IMG/VR virus record: IMGVR_UViG_3300007775_000157 | Location: 1-64,000 of that record | DNA length: 64,000 nt | Reading direction: 5' to 3' (one strand) | DNA from: a virus | In this document: positions 10,277-18,839 of the stretch, piece after piece | Position numbering within the stretch: position 1 is the stretch's first letter | Layout of the letters: every line of letters starts with the position of its first letter | The notes under the pieces: generated by a model | Database searches by the model: none | Seen by the model: the letters and a program-made list of their open reading frames with translations, nothing else | Told to the model about the DNA's origin: nothing | Made by a program: the position numbers and the translations under genes

Positions 10277-10290
10277 GGAGGTGAAGAAGA

Positions 10291-11316
10291 ATGAAGCGTA
10301 AAATTGTAAAACCAACAGCAGAACAAGTTGAATTATTGAAAAGAACAGGGTCTCAGAATAAAGCTGAAGCTATCGAAGCCATGCATTCACTGGCTCAGGC
10401 ATTGCAGGTTCCACTGCGATCGGCTCTACTCGACGGAGACATTCTAAGCGGCATCTTCGCACCTGAAGTTCTGGACCCAAGTGCAACTGCGGAATATCCT
10501 TTGGATTTCTATCAGACCGCGCAAGAAAGTGATTACGTCGCTTATATGATTCCGAACGAAGGGGCTTTGCCGCTGAGAACGGTCGTTGGGGACGCTGTCA
10601 CAGTACAGACTTTTGATGTCGGTAATGCTATCGACTGGCCTCTGAAGTATGCTCAGCAGGCTAGATGGAATATCGTTGCAAGGGCTATGGAAGTTCTTGA
10701 AGCCGGTTTCGTCAAAAAGATGAATACCGATGGATGGAGAGTCATTATAGCTGCTGGTGCTGGACGTACAGATTATAGCGGAGGTGCGCCTTTGGTATAC
10801 GATACGGCCGCTACGGCGGGTCAATTCACGAAGAGACTTGTTTCTCTTATGAAGACGACCATGGTTCGTTTGTCGGGTGGAAACAGTGCTACTCCAAATC
10901 GTGGTCGGTTGACAGACCTGTTTATCAGCCACGAAGCTCTCGAAGATATTCGTGAGTGGGATTCTGACGAAGTTGATGACTTCACTCGTAGAGAAATCTT
11001 CCAGGCAAGCGAAGATGGTGGTCCAATGGCCGGTATCTACGGCGTAAGACTGCATCCTCTCGATGAGCTTGGTGTCGGTCAGGAATTCCAGACGTACTTC
11101 GATACGCTTGGACTTTCTATGGGAACTAACGACGAAGAAATCGTTGTTGGTCTCGATCTGTCTCACTCAGATTCGTTCGTTATGCCTGTCAAGAGACAAC
11201 TGGCTATCTTTGAAGACGACACTCTTCATCGTAGGCAGCGTGCAGGATTTTATGGTTGGCAGGAACATGGCTTTGCGGCGCTCGATGGTCGCAGGGTTCT
11301 TCTTGGAAGTTTCTAG
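10291..11316 (+). CDS. Major capsid protein (HK97 fold)
   Basis: 341 aa; 'TDLFISHEALEDI' and C-terminal 'GFYGWQEHGFAALD' patterns; strong RBS; followed by terminator. Confidence 0.85.
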   Translation: MKRKIVKPTAEQVELLKRTGSQNKAEAIEAMHSLAQALQVPLRSALLDGDILSGIFAPEVLDPSATAEYPLDFYQTAQESDYVAYMIPNEGALPLRTVVGDAVTVQTFDVGNAIDWPLKYAQQARWNIVARAMEVLEAGFVKKMNTDGWRVIIAAGAGRTDYSGGAPLVYDTAATAGQFTKRLVSLMKTTMVRLSGGNSATPNRGRLTDLFISHEALEDIREWDSDEVDDFTRREIFQASEDGGPMAGIYGVRLHPLDELGVGQEFQTYFDTLGLSMGTNDEEIVVGLDLSHSDSFVMPVKRQLAIFEDDTLHRRQRAGFYGWQEHGFAALDGRRVLLGSF

Positions 11317-11337
11317 TATAAAACAAAATATCACTTT

Positions 11338-11370
11338 AAGAGCGGTAGTTTATACTATCGCTCTTTTTTT
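11338..11370 (+). terminator. Rho-independent terminator after capsid gene
   Basis: AAGAGCGGTAGT-TTAT-ACTATCGCTCTT followed by T-run. Confidence 0.85.
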
Positions 11371-11443
11371 ATGCGCACACTGTTTTATGGATACAATACT
11401 GTACAATATATCTTACTGTCTCGAACCATGTATTAATAACTAA

Positions 11444-11454
11444 TGGTGTATAAT
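11444..11454 (+). promoter_or_regulatory. Putative late promoter motif TGGTGTATAAT
   Basis: Motif after terminator, upstream of HTH/neck operon. Confidence 0.7.
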
Positions 11455-11477
11455 TCTTCGGTGAAAGGTCTTTTAAT

Positions 11478-11861
11478 ATGAATTTGTCTGATATAGAGCT
11501 AGCTGAAAGATATTCTCTTGGAGAAAGTTGCGCTAATCTTGCGACTCTTTGCGAATGTAGCGAGACGAAGATATATTATAGATTGAAGAAATTGGGAATA
11601 AAGATCAGAAATCGATCAGAAGCAAATCAAATTTTTCCAGATTCTGTATTTGTAATTCTGTACAATCTCGGACTCTCATCTTCTCAAACTGGAGAACTCT
11701 TGGGAGTTGATCCTTCTACTGTGACAAAGAGATTGCATAAGCTTAGATTCCCTTTGCGGTCTCGCAATGTGGCTCGTAGGATTAGATATACCGATAAAGA
11801 ATTTCGTGAACATTTTATGGCTCCTGGTGTCATTGAAAGCATTATGGAGATGGCTAGTTAA
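11478..11861 (+). CDS. Tandem helix-turn-helix DNA-binding protein
   Basis: Two repeats of Y..G.S....A/G......S/P.T....RL.KL....R.R. Confidence 0.75.
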   Translation: MNLSDIELAERYSLGESCANLATLCECSETKIYYRLKKLGIKIRNRSEANQIFPDSVFVILYNLGLSSSQTGELLGVDPSTVTKRLHKLRFPLRSRNVARRIRYTDKEFREHFMAPGVIESIMEMAS

Positions 11862-11878
11862 TTTTATAGGGGGTTAAA

Positions 11879-12226
11879 GTGGCTTTAATAGGACAATCTA
11901 TAGCTGAATTTGATTTTTTCCCAGATTCACCGCCTGCAATTGTTGGAGAATTAGTTACTGGGGGAACGGTCAATATAGAACTTTGGGAAAGTGGAAGTCC
12001 GGTTTCTATATCTTCTAGTGGTTGTAGCGAGATAGGTTCTACTGGCAGATATAGCTGGTCTACAAGTGGCATACCAGTTTTAACAGCAAGTAGGCAACAA
12101 TTCCACTGGAGAATGTCGGACGGTTCCAATACCGATGAAGGTGATTTTGTGTTAATTTCTCACGAGAATAGAGATGGCGGTATGCCATCCCTAAACGACA
12201 AGTCTTCATATATCATAAAGAACTAG
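11879..12226 (+). CDS. Virion protein (SGCxxIGxTxxWxWS domain)
   Basis: Paralogous to 12235..12579 and to the C-terminus of 13146..15443. Confidence 0.6.
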   Translation: MALIGQSIAEFDFFPDSPPAIVGELVTGGTVNIELWESGSPVSISSSGCSEIGSTGRYSWSTSGIPVLTASRQQFHWRMSDGSNTDEGDFVLISHENRDGGMPSLNDKSSYIIKN

Positions 12227-12234
12227 GAGGCATT

Positions 12235-12579
12235 ATGGCTGCACAAGATTTGTCGATCAAGATCATACATAGGCTAACTCAAACTTCTGACTACAATCCA
12301 GAATTAGTAGAAGAATTTGTCAACTCGGCTTCCGGGGTTAATATTCAGGTTTGGGATATTACTAATGCACAGAATAATCTAATTGCAGTTTCAAACAGTG
12401 GTTGCTATCAGATAGGCGATACCAATCAGTGGGGCTGGTCAGTTGAAAACTTACAGTTTGATACAATGAAAAAGAAACAACACTACTTTTTTCGAATGAT
12501 TTCTAATGTTGGAGAGACACAAGATGGAGAATTCTTGATCAGCGTACCAGAAGACGGTATTCAATCTCATTCTGATTAG
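12235..12579 (+). CDS. Virion protein (SGCxxIGxTxxWxWS domain)
   Basis: VNIQVWDITN...SNSGCYQIGDTNQWGWS shared with 13146..15443. Confidence 0.6.
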   Translation: MAAQDLSIKIIHRLTQTSDYNPELVEEFVNSASGVNIQVWDITNAQNNLIAVSNSGCYQIGDTNQWGWSVENLQFDTMKKKQHYFFRMISNVGETQDGEFLISVPEDGIQSHSD

Positions 12580-12588
12580 GGGGAAAAG

Positions 12589-13131
12589 ATGGCTTGGACG
12601 ACAGACTTGGTGCTTATGACTAGAATTTTGATAAGCGATGTTACTGCTCCACAGACTTACAGTGATCAATACTTACAACAACTGGTTATTCTAGCTGGAA
12701 TTCAGGTGGATTCAGAATTTACTTTTCCTTATACCTACACGTATGATATTAGTGCTATCACAATATCTCCAGACCCAGTAACTAGTAATGATTCTAGTTT
12801 TATGGCGCTGATTCCTTTAAAGGCGGCTTGTATTTTGACTCAGGGTGAATTCAAGCAATCTCTTGGACAAGGTATCAAGGTTAGAGATGGAGATAGTGCC
12901 ATTGATACTAGCGTGAGTTTTCGTGGATATAGAGATATCTTAGAACTTGGCCCGTGTAAGTCTTATGAAAAACTAAAGTGGTCTCTCATTGCTGCTGGTT
13001 CAAGCGGTGCTGGCGTGGGCAAAGCAGTTCTTGGGCCATATAGGTCTCCAAACGCAAATTATTCTGATGCAATATCGTGGTATTACAATCAATTCCGTAC
13101 TGACATTGGTGTTAGAAGAGATAGATTTTAA
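12589..13131 (+). CDS. Head-tail adaptor/connector
   Basis: 'RILISD....YSD..L' N-terminus of gp6/gp15-like adaptors; position after capsid. Confidence 0.6.
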   Translation: MAWTTDLVLMTRILISDVTAPQTYSDQYLQQLVILAGIQVDSEFTFPYTYTYDISAITISPDPVTSNDSSFMALIPLKAACILTQGEFKQSLGQGIKVRDGDSAIDTSVSFRGYRDILELGPCKSYEKLKWSLIAAGSSGAGVGKAVLGPYRSPNANYSDAISWYYNQFRTDIGVRRDRF

Positions 13132-13145
13132 GGGAGAGGCTTCAT

Positions 13146-15443
13146 ATGTCTACGTCCGGAATACTAAGGTCAGACAATATTGTCTTTTATCATCCACTAG
13201 ATGATTTTACAGAATATACACAACCACAAACATGGGATGGTAGTGGAACATTTATTCCTGCAAGAATAGATTCTGGTGTTTCCGCACTTTCTAAGTCTAT
13301 TCTTTGGGGCACTCCCGTGTCTATAGATTCAGGAATGAATATAGGTCGAGGCGGTGCTTTATGTACTATAGACAGTAATACTGCTGTTCTTGTTGGTGTT
13401 GTCAATCCGTTCGGATCAACGCCAGTAACAGCCAAAGTAATTACTGTTTCTGGAACATCGGTTACTGTAGGCTCTGGATATACTGTCGGTTCTTCAAATG
13501 GAAGTTTTCAATTACCAAGATGCGCAACATTTGATACGGATAAGATAGTTATATTTTGGCGAAATAGCAACAACCTAAATGCTGTTGTCGGAACTGTTTC
13601 CGGTACATCAATCTCGTTTGGGACTCCTGTTGTTGGGCCGACGTATGGTCATTCCAACGGGAATATTATTTCCTTAAATAGTGTTAGTGGTATTATTACA
13701 TATGAGAGATTTAGTCCGACTTACTCAATGATGGCAGTTCCAATAACTGTTTCTGGCACAACTTTGTCTTTCGGAACAGAAACACAATTGGCAGATACTA
13801 CTGGTGATAGTGGTGGAGCATTTGCTTCTAAGCTAAATAATTCACAGGCTGTTTTGTCGTGGGATGAAGCAGATGGCTATTCTAGAACGGCGATAGCAAC
13901 AGTTTCTGGAACAGATTTGACATTGGGGCCAAAAACTGTAATAACAGATTCTGTTGAAGGTTTTGCTGGACAAACACAAGTCTTAGTTTTAGATAGTGAT
14001 AAAGTAGTTTATGGGTACAGCAGAACTACCCTTGGATTCAACACCAGAATAGGTAGCATATCTGGAACTACCATATCTATGGATGGAGAAACCCAACTAA
14101 CAGCCGGGGTAACACTTGGTGGGCTTGGGTATCTTAGCGCATCTGGTTTCGTTGCTGGATATACATACAGTACTGTCGGTAGACGGGCACAGGTTGTAGA
14201 AGTGCAAGGAACAGATATTTTCGGCGGAACAGAAACAACCACAACATATGCCGGTTCAACTGGCGGTTCAATGACGATGCTGGATGATACGAAACTATTA
14301 CACGCAACAGATAATGGAGACATAGCGGCTGGTCAATTAATTCAACTGGTCGATATTCTAGCTAGTACGCCAAATGATTATCCAAACGCATCTGGAGCAG
14401 ATAGATTAACAGTTCTTCTATGGGAACAGAATTTAACGAACCATATCTCCGAAGTAACTATTCAAAGAGATTATCTGATAGGAATGACTTCTGGATATAT
14501 TTATCTTGGAGATGCGTATTGGTCTGGCTCAAGTTTAACGGATGAAATAGCTCTTGCCAACAACGACTATCAACATTTATTTATAGCAGATTTTGAACAT
14601 GTAGCTTCTGGGATATGGAATCTAAGTACTTCCATAGATGGTTCTGGATGGGTTAACCATGGAAATCAAACATCTGGCGTACAAACAATAGTATCTGGAA
14701 CCGCTGATCCAAGATTTATGGTTCAAAGAGGTAATCCAGAGCAATGGTTTGATGAACTCGCCTTGTGGGCAGGCGACAAATCTACCTTTACTCAATTTAC
14801 AGACACAGAACTTCAAAAGGTATATGACCTTGGAATTATATTCTCTCAAACATTGCCTAAATATGATTCAACTACATATATGACATTATATATGCATGGG
14901 CCAGAACCAGCTTCTGGATCGTCTAATTTATACATAAATGGACATGGACTATTCCCTGGATCGGGAGACCTGTATATGTTCAGTTCTACTATCTATTCCG
15001 GGACAAAAGACCTGTATGTTAATGGTTCTCCCCCACAAAGTACTGGCACAACAGACTTGTACGTTTCTGGTTCTGGCGTTGCTTCTAGTGGGAGTGGTGT
15101 CGGCAGGCCACTTGATTGGTTTATTAGATATCCAGATTATAATCCACAACTACTAGGAGTATTTGATCTACCGGCTAGTTCTGTGAATATTAACGTGTGG
15201 GACATAACAAATGGACAAAATATAAAACTGTCCATATCTAATAGTGGATGTTACCATATAGGAGATACTGGTAGGTGGGGATGGTCTACCATCTACTTGT
15301 CGTCAAATACAACAAATACAAGACAATATTTGTATTCAATGGAATCTAATGTCGGAGAAACTTTCACTGGACAATTCTTCCTTGATGTACCAGAAGGGAA
15401 CAAATGGATTCATCCAAATAACCGTTCGGACTATCTTGTGTAG
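13146..15443 (+). CDS. Modular virion fibre/appendage: LamG-like domain with inserted beta-propeller, LYxxG repeats, C-terminal anchor domain
   Basis: Six or more TVSGT.....G repeats at ~48 aa spacing; homology to 42484..44214 and 12235..12579. Confidence 0.65.
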   Translation: MSTSGILRSDNIVFYHPLDDFTEYTQPQTWDGSGTFIPARIDSGVSALSKSILWGTPVSIDSGMNIGRGGALCTIDSNTAVLVGVVNPFGSTPVTAKVITVSGTSVTVGSGYTVGSSNGSFQLPRCATFDTDKIVIFWRNSNNLNAVVGTVSGTSISFGTPVVGPTYGHSNGNIISLNSVSGIITYERFSPTYSMMAVPITVSGTTLSFGTETQLADTTGDSGGAFASKLNNSQAVLSWDEADGYSRTAIATVSGTDLTLGPKTVITDSVEGFAGQTQVLVLDSDKVVYGYSRTTLGFNTRIGSISGTTISMDGETQLTAGVTLGGLGYLSASGFVAGYTYSTVGRRAQVVEVQGTDIFGGTETTTTYAGSTGGSMTMLDDTKLLHATDNGDIAAGQLIQLVDILASTPNDYPNASGADRLTVLLWEQNLTNHISEVTIQRDYLIGMTSGYIYLGDAYWSGSSLTDEIALANNDYQHLFIADFEHVASGIWNLSTSIDGSGWVNHGNQTSGVQTIVSGTADPRFMVQRGNPEQWFDELALWAGDKSTFTQFTDTELQKVYDLGIIFSQTLPKYDSTTYMTLYMHGPEPASGSSNLYINGHGLFPGSGDLYMFSSTIYSGTKDLYVNGSPPQSTGTTDLYVSGSGVASSGSGVGRPLDWFIRYPDYNPQLLGVFDLPASSVNINVWDITNGQNIKLSISNSGCYHIGDTGRWGWSTIYLSSNTTNTRQYLYSMESNVGETFTGQFFLDVPEGNKWIHPNNRSDYLV

Positions 15444-15457
15444 TGAAAGGTTGAAAC

Positions 15458-18400
15458 ATGTCATTAGCTTACTACACAGAAAAATTTCAAAGCTGGACAG
15501 CTAGTAGTCCTGGTGTTTGGGAACAGAAGGATTTATCTGCATATTTACCTTCTTCGGGAGATATTACGGCAGAAATCTTAATAGCAAACAGTAACACAGT
15601 AGATGCAACATATCCCGTTGGTGTCAGACAACTTGGTACATCTACTCCAAGGCTTGTCAATTTATTCAAATCAGAAAATGCTAGCGCATATAATTGTGTT
15701 ACTATGCATTCTAATGTTGTCAGTGGAAAAGTTGAATCTCAACTTCCTACAGGATGCACTGCATATCTCTTAGGTTATTGGACTGGCGCACAATATGTAG
15801 AAAAATTTTATAATCCATCAATTTCTACTAATTTTAATACTTGGGCCAATTTAGATTTGAGCGCTGGTGTTGGCAGTGGAGCACCAATAGTAGAAGTCAT
15901 TTGTGGTAGGCGAGAATCTGGTAGATATATCGGTGTTCGTTCTGTTGGCAATACAGCAGATAGACGCATAAAAATACATCAGGGTGGAGGACTTTCTAAT
16001 AAATACAGTTTTTTCCAGTCTTTTGTTAAGTCTAGCGGAACTACATCAACAATAGAAAGATATGTTCAGTCTTATACCAGTATTAGGGTTCCCATAATAG
16101 TAACTATTGGTTATTGGTCTACGCCCCCTGGGGATTATATAGATAGTTTCGATGAACATATATATGATACTAACAACCCTTCTATTTGGAAAAAAGCTTT
16201 AGTCTCAGGTTTATCTTCCGGAAACGTAGCGTCGTTCGGGTGTTTTAACAATGACGCCTCCAATAGTGTAATACTTGGTATGAGAGAATCTGGTAGTGTT
16301 TTATCTAGAAATCTAACTTTGTGTGACGCTGTGGCGTCTGGCAATAGCGTAGCCGCTAATTTTCATACAAATATTTTGAGCGGGGCAGAATTTGTCAGTG
16401 ATACGACAGACACTATTCAATATGATTTTACTCTTCTAGGGCATTGGGAAAATCTTATAGGACAAATTCATCCGTTAAATGATAATTGTGCTCTGTATAC
16501 AAACGGAATGAATAATAGTTCTGGTCAGTTAAATTTGTATATGAATGGTTCTCTCGGAACCTTGGTTGATACAAGTGCGGATTTTTATATTTTGGGACAC
16601 AGGTCTACACACACACAAAACTTGTACTATTCCGAAGATGCATCGAAGACACTTTTCAGGTCTGATTTACAGGGTGGAAATTCTACGGGAATAATTACAG
16701 AGGCCTCTGGGGCACCACGAAGCATATCTTACGATCATACAACTGAAAAAATTTATGCTACTTTTTCTAATCTAATAGATAATACCATAATTAAAAGCCT
16801 TAATCCCGATGGATCAAATACCGATCTTCTATATATATCAGGTTCAGTTCAAGCATTTGGAATAGCTCTACACGTAGAAAGTGGATATATTTATTTCACA
16901 AATATAGCCAAGGGGCATGTCGAGAGAATGGGCATAGAAATGCCGAGTGGAGAAACTGCCTACAACAGGACAGACATAGAGAATATAGTTGACTTCTTAA
17001 GTACCCCATTGGAAATAAAAATAGACCAAGTTAATGACAAACTTTATTACGTCGATGGAATAAGTCCGAATTGTAAAATTAATAGATGCGATCTTGATGG
17101 GTCCAATTTAGAAACCGTAGTCACGTCTGATAACCCGTCTCAATCCATTGGCGGAATAGCACTGGATATATTAGAAAATAAAATATATTTTGGAGTTTAT
17201 GGAATCGATCCAAGGATAATGGTCGCAAACATAGACGGAACAAACAAAGAAATAGTTTATAGTGGTTTCGTGGATGTAGGACGACAACCTCTTTATTTAA
17301 GTATAGATTACTTACGAAGCCAATTGTATTGGGGTGAAAGAATAGGTCATTTGGTAGAAAAGATAGACCTTGATGGCAGTAACCACGAGATAGTTATTAC
17401 TGGATCGTTTACGAACAATCGTATAGCACAAGTTTTGCCAGAGATAAAACCGACAGACATGTTTATACATGGACATCAGTCTTCGTCCGTTTCTGGCAAT
17501 CTTTATCTGTATGGCAACGAACAAATTTCTTCTTCCATAGATTTAATAATAGACGGAATAGATATTAGCGTTGACAATATTGATCTCTATGTAAAAGGTT
17601 ATACGGCAGAAAATGATCAAATAAATTTGTATATAGACGGCCATGAATCTGTTTTAAGTAATACAAATTTATATATATTAGGTGACGATTTTGCCTCTGT
17701 ATCTGGCGGTCATTTATTCGTTCATGGTTTTGATACGGGGACATCTGGATTAAATCTATATATAGATGGTATTAATAGGTCTCTGTCTAGCATGGAATTA
17801 TTTACACAAGCTTATGACATAATAAATATTTCTATCGATTTATATATTCATGCATTCAGTAAACTATCAGGATTTGTAAATTTATTAACAAAAGGTTCAG
17901 ATAGCAAGACTAATGAATGTAGTCTGTTTGTCTATGGAATAGACAGTGTCGCAAACCCAGGACAAAATCTTTATATTAATGGTAGTATTATATCAAATTC
18001 ACAAAATGACCTGTATCTATATGGGAAGAAACTTCATTCTGTGTCTGGCGATTTGTATACCCATGGAATATCTATTGAATCTGAGACTATAGATGCTTTC
18101 ATAACCGGACCAAGTGGAAATATTAATTCTTGTACATTAATTTTGTCTGGATTTGATGTAATAACTTCTCTTGTTCCAAATTTATACATACATGGTGTTG
18201 AAAGCAAAAATGACAACATTAATCTCTTTTTACTTAATTCTGGCCAGATTATTTCTATGTCTGGAAATACGTCTTTTCTTATTAATGGATATGTTGCTAA
18301 AACTCTGGTGTCCTGTCCAACGCTAGACGCAACAGCATCCATACAGATAGGCGACGAATTAATAGAAATATATCAATCTAGGATAGATGCGCTTATTAAT

Positions 18401-18838
18401 CAGATAGGTAAAAATGTCTACCTTGAATTTTCACCAATAATCGATCCTTGTCCCAACTGTACATATGACACTTTTAGAAAACGATCAACTGGAATATATA
18501 TACCTGGTGGCCCAAGACCATTCGAAAGAGGAAGAAGATGTCCGTACTGCAAAGGTGAAGGATTTTTAGAAACAGAAGTCAATAAATGTATCAAGGCTTT
18601 AATCAAATGGGGTGTTTCTGCTAATCAAAATTTTGGGTTGTCTCTTTCTGAAAGAAAAGGTGTTGTAAGATTAAAAACTCTCTTAACAGATGCGGACGAT
18701 ATAGCCAGAGCAAAAACGGCGATAGTTAATCACGACATTGTCGATCAAATGAAATTACGGGTTAAATTAATTCGTGGTCCTATACCTGCTGGCTTAAGAG
18801 AAGATAGGTATGCTCTAAGTTTTTGGAAGTTGGTGTAA
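15458..18838 (+). CDS. Neck-associated fibre: N domain, YWTD-like propeller, 14-aa LYIxG repeats, C-terminal CxxC/CxxC neck domain
   Basis: LYYSE/IYFTN/LYYVD/LYWGE blades with DLDGSN turns; CPNC...CPYCKG. Confidence 0.65.
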   Translation: MSLAYYTEKFQSWTASSPGVWEQKDLSAYLPSSGDITAEILIANSNTVDATYPVGVRQLGTSTPRLVNLFKSENASAYNCVTMHSNVVSGKVESQLPTGCTAYLLGYWTGAQYVEKFYNPSISTNFNTWANLDLSAGVGSGAPIVEVICGRRESGRYIGVRSVGNTADRRIKIHQGGGLSNKYSFFQSFVKSSGTTSTIERYVQSYTSIRVPIIVTIGYWSTPPGDYIDSFDEHIYDTNNPSIWKKALVSGLSSGNVASFGCFNNDASNSVILGMRESGSVLSRNLTLCDAVASGNSVAANFHTNILSGAEFVSDTTDTIQYDFTLLGHWENLIGQIHPLNDNCALYTNGMNNSSGQLNLYMNGSLGTLVDTSADFYILGHRSTHTQNLYYSEDASKTLFRSDLQGGNSTGIITEASGAPRSISYDHTTEKIYATFSNLIDNTIIKSLNPDGSNTDLLYISGSVQAFGIALHVESGYIYFTNIAKGHVERMGIEMPSGETAYNRTDIENIVDFLSTPLEIKIDQVNDKLYYVDGISPNCKINRCDLDGSNLETVVTSDNPSQSIGGIALDILENKIYFGVYGIDPRIMVANIDGTNKEIVYSGFVDVGRQPLYLSIDYLRSQLYWGERIGHLVEKIDLDGSNHEIVITGSFTNNRIAQVLPEIKPTDMFIHGHQSSSVSGNLYLYGNEQISSSIDLIIDGIDISVDNIDLYVKGYTAENDQINLYIDGHESVLSNTNLYILGDDFASVSGGHLFVHGFDTGTSGLNLYIDGINRSLSSMELFTQAYDIINISIDLYIHAFSKLSGFVNLLTKGSDSKTNECSLFVYGIDSVANPGQNLYINGSIISNSQNDLYLYGKKLHSVSGDLYTHGISIESETIDAFITGPSGNINSCTLILSGFDVITSLVPNLYIHGVESKNDNINLFLLNSGQIISMSGNTSFLINGYVAKTLVSCPTLDATASIQIGDELIEIYQSRIDALINQIGKNVYLEFSPIIDPCPNCTYDTFRKRSTGIYIPGGPRPFERGRRCPYCKGEGFLETEVNKCIKALIKWGVSANQNFGLSLSERKGVVRLKTLLTDADDIARAKTAIVNHDIVDQMKLRVKLIRGPIPAGLREDRYALSFWKLV

Positions 18839-18839
18839 T

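Noticed and set aside
10444-11166. 240-aa antisense ORF inside the major capsid gene (similar ones at 6260-6715 and 50497-50985)
   Set aside because: Shadow ORFs expected from the codon bias of strongly expressed genes; no RBS or protein-like motifs.
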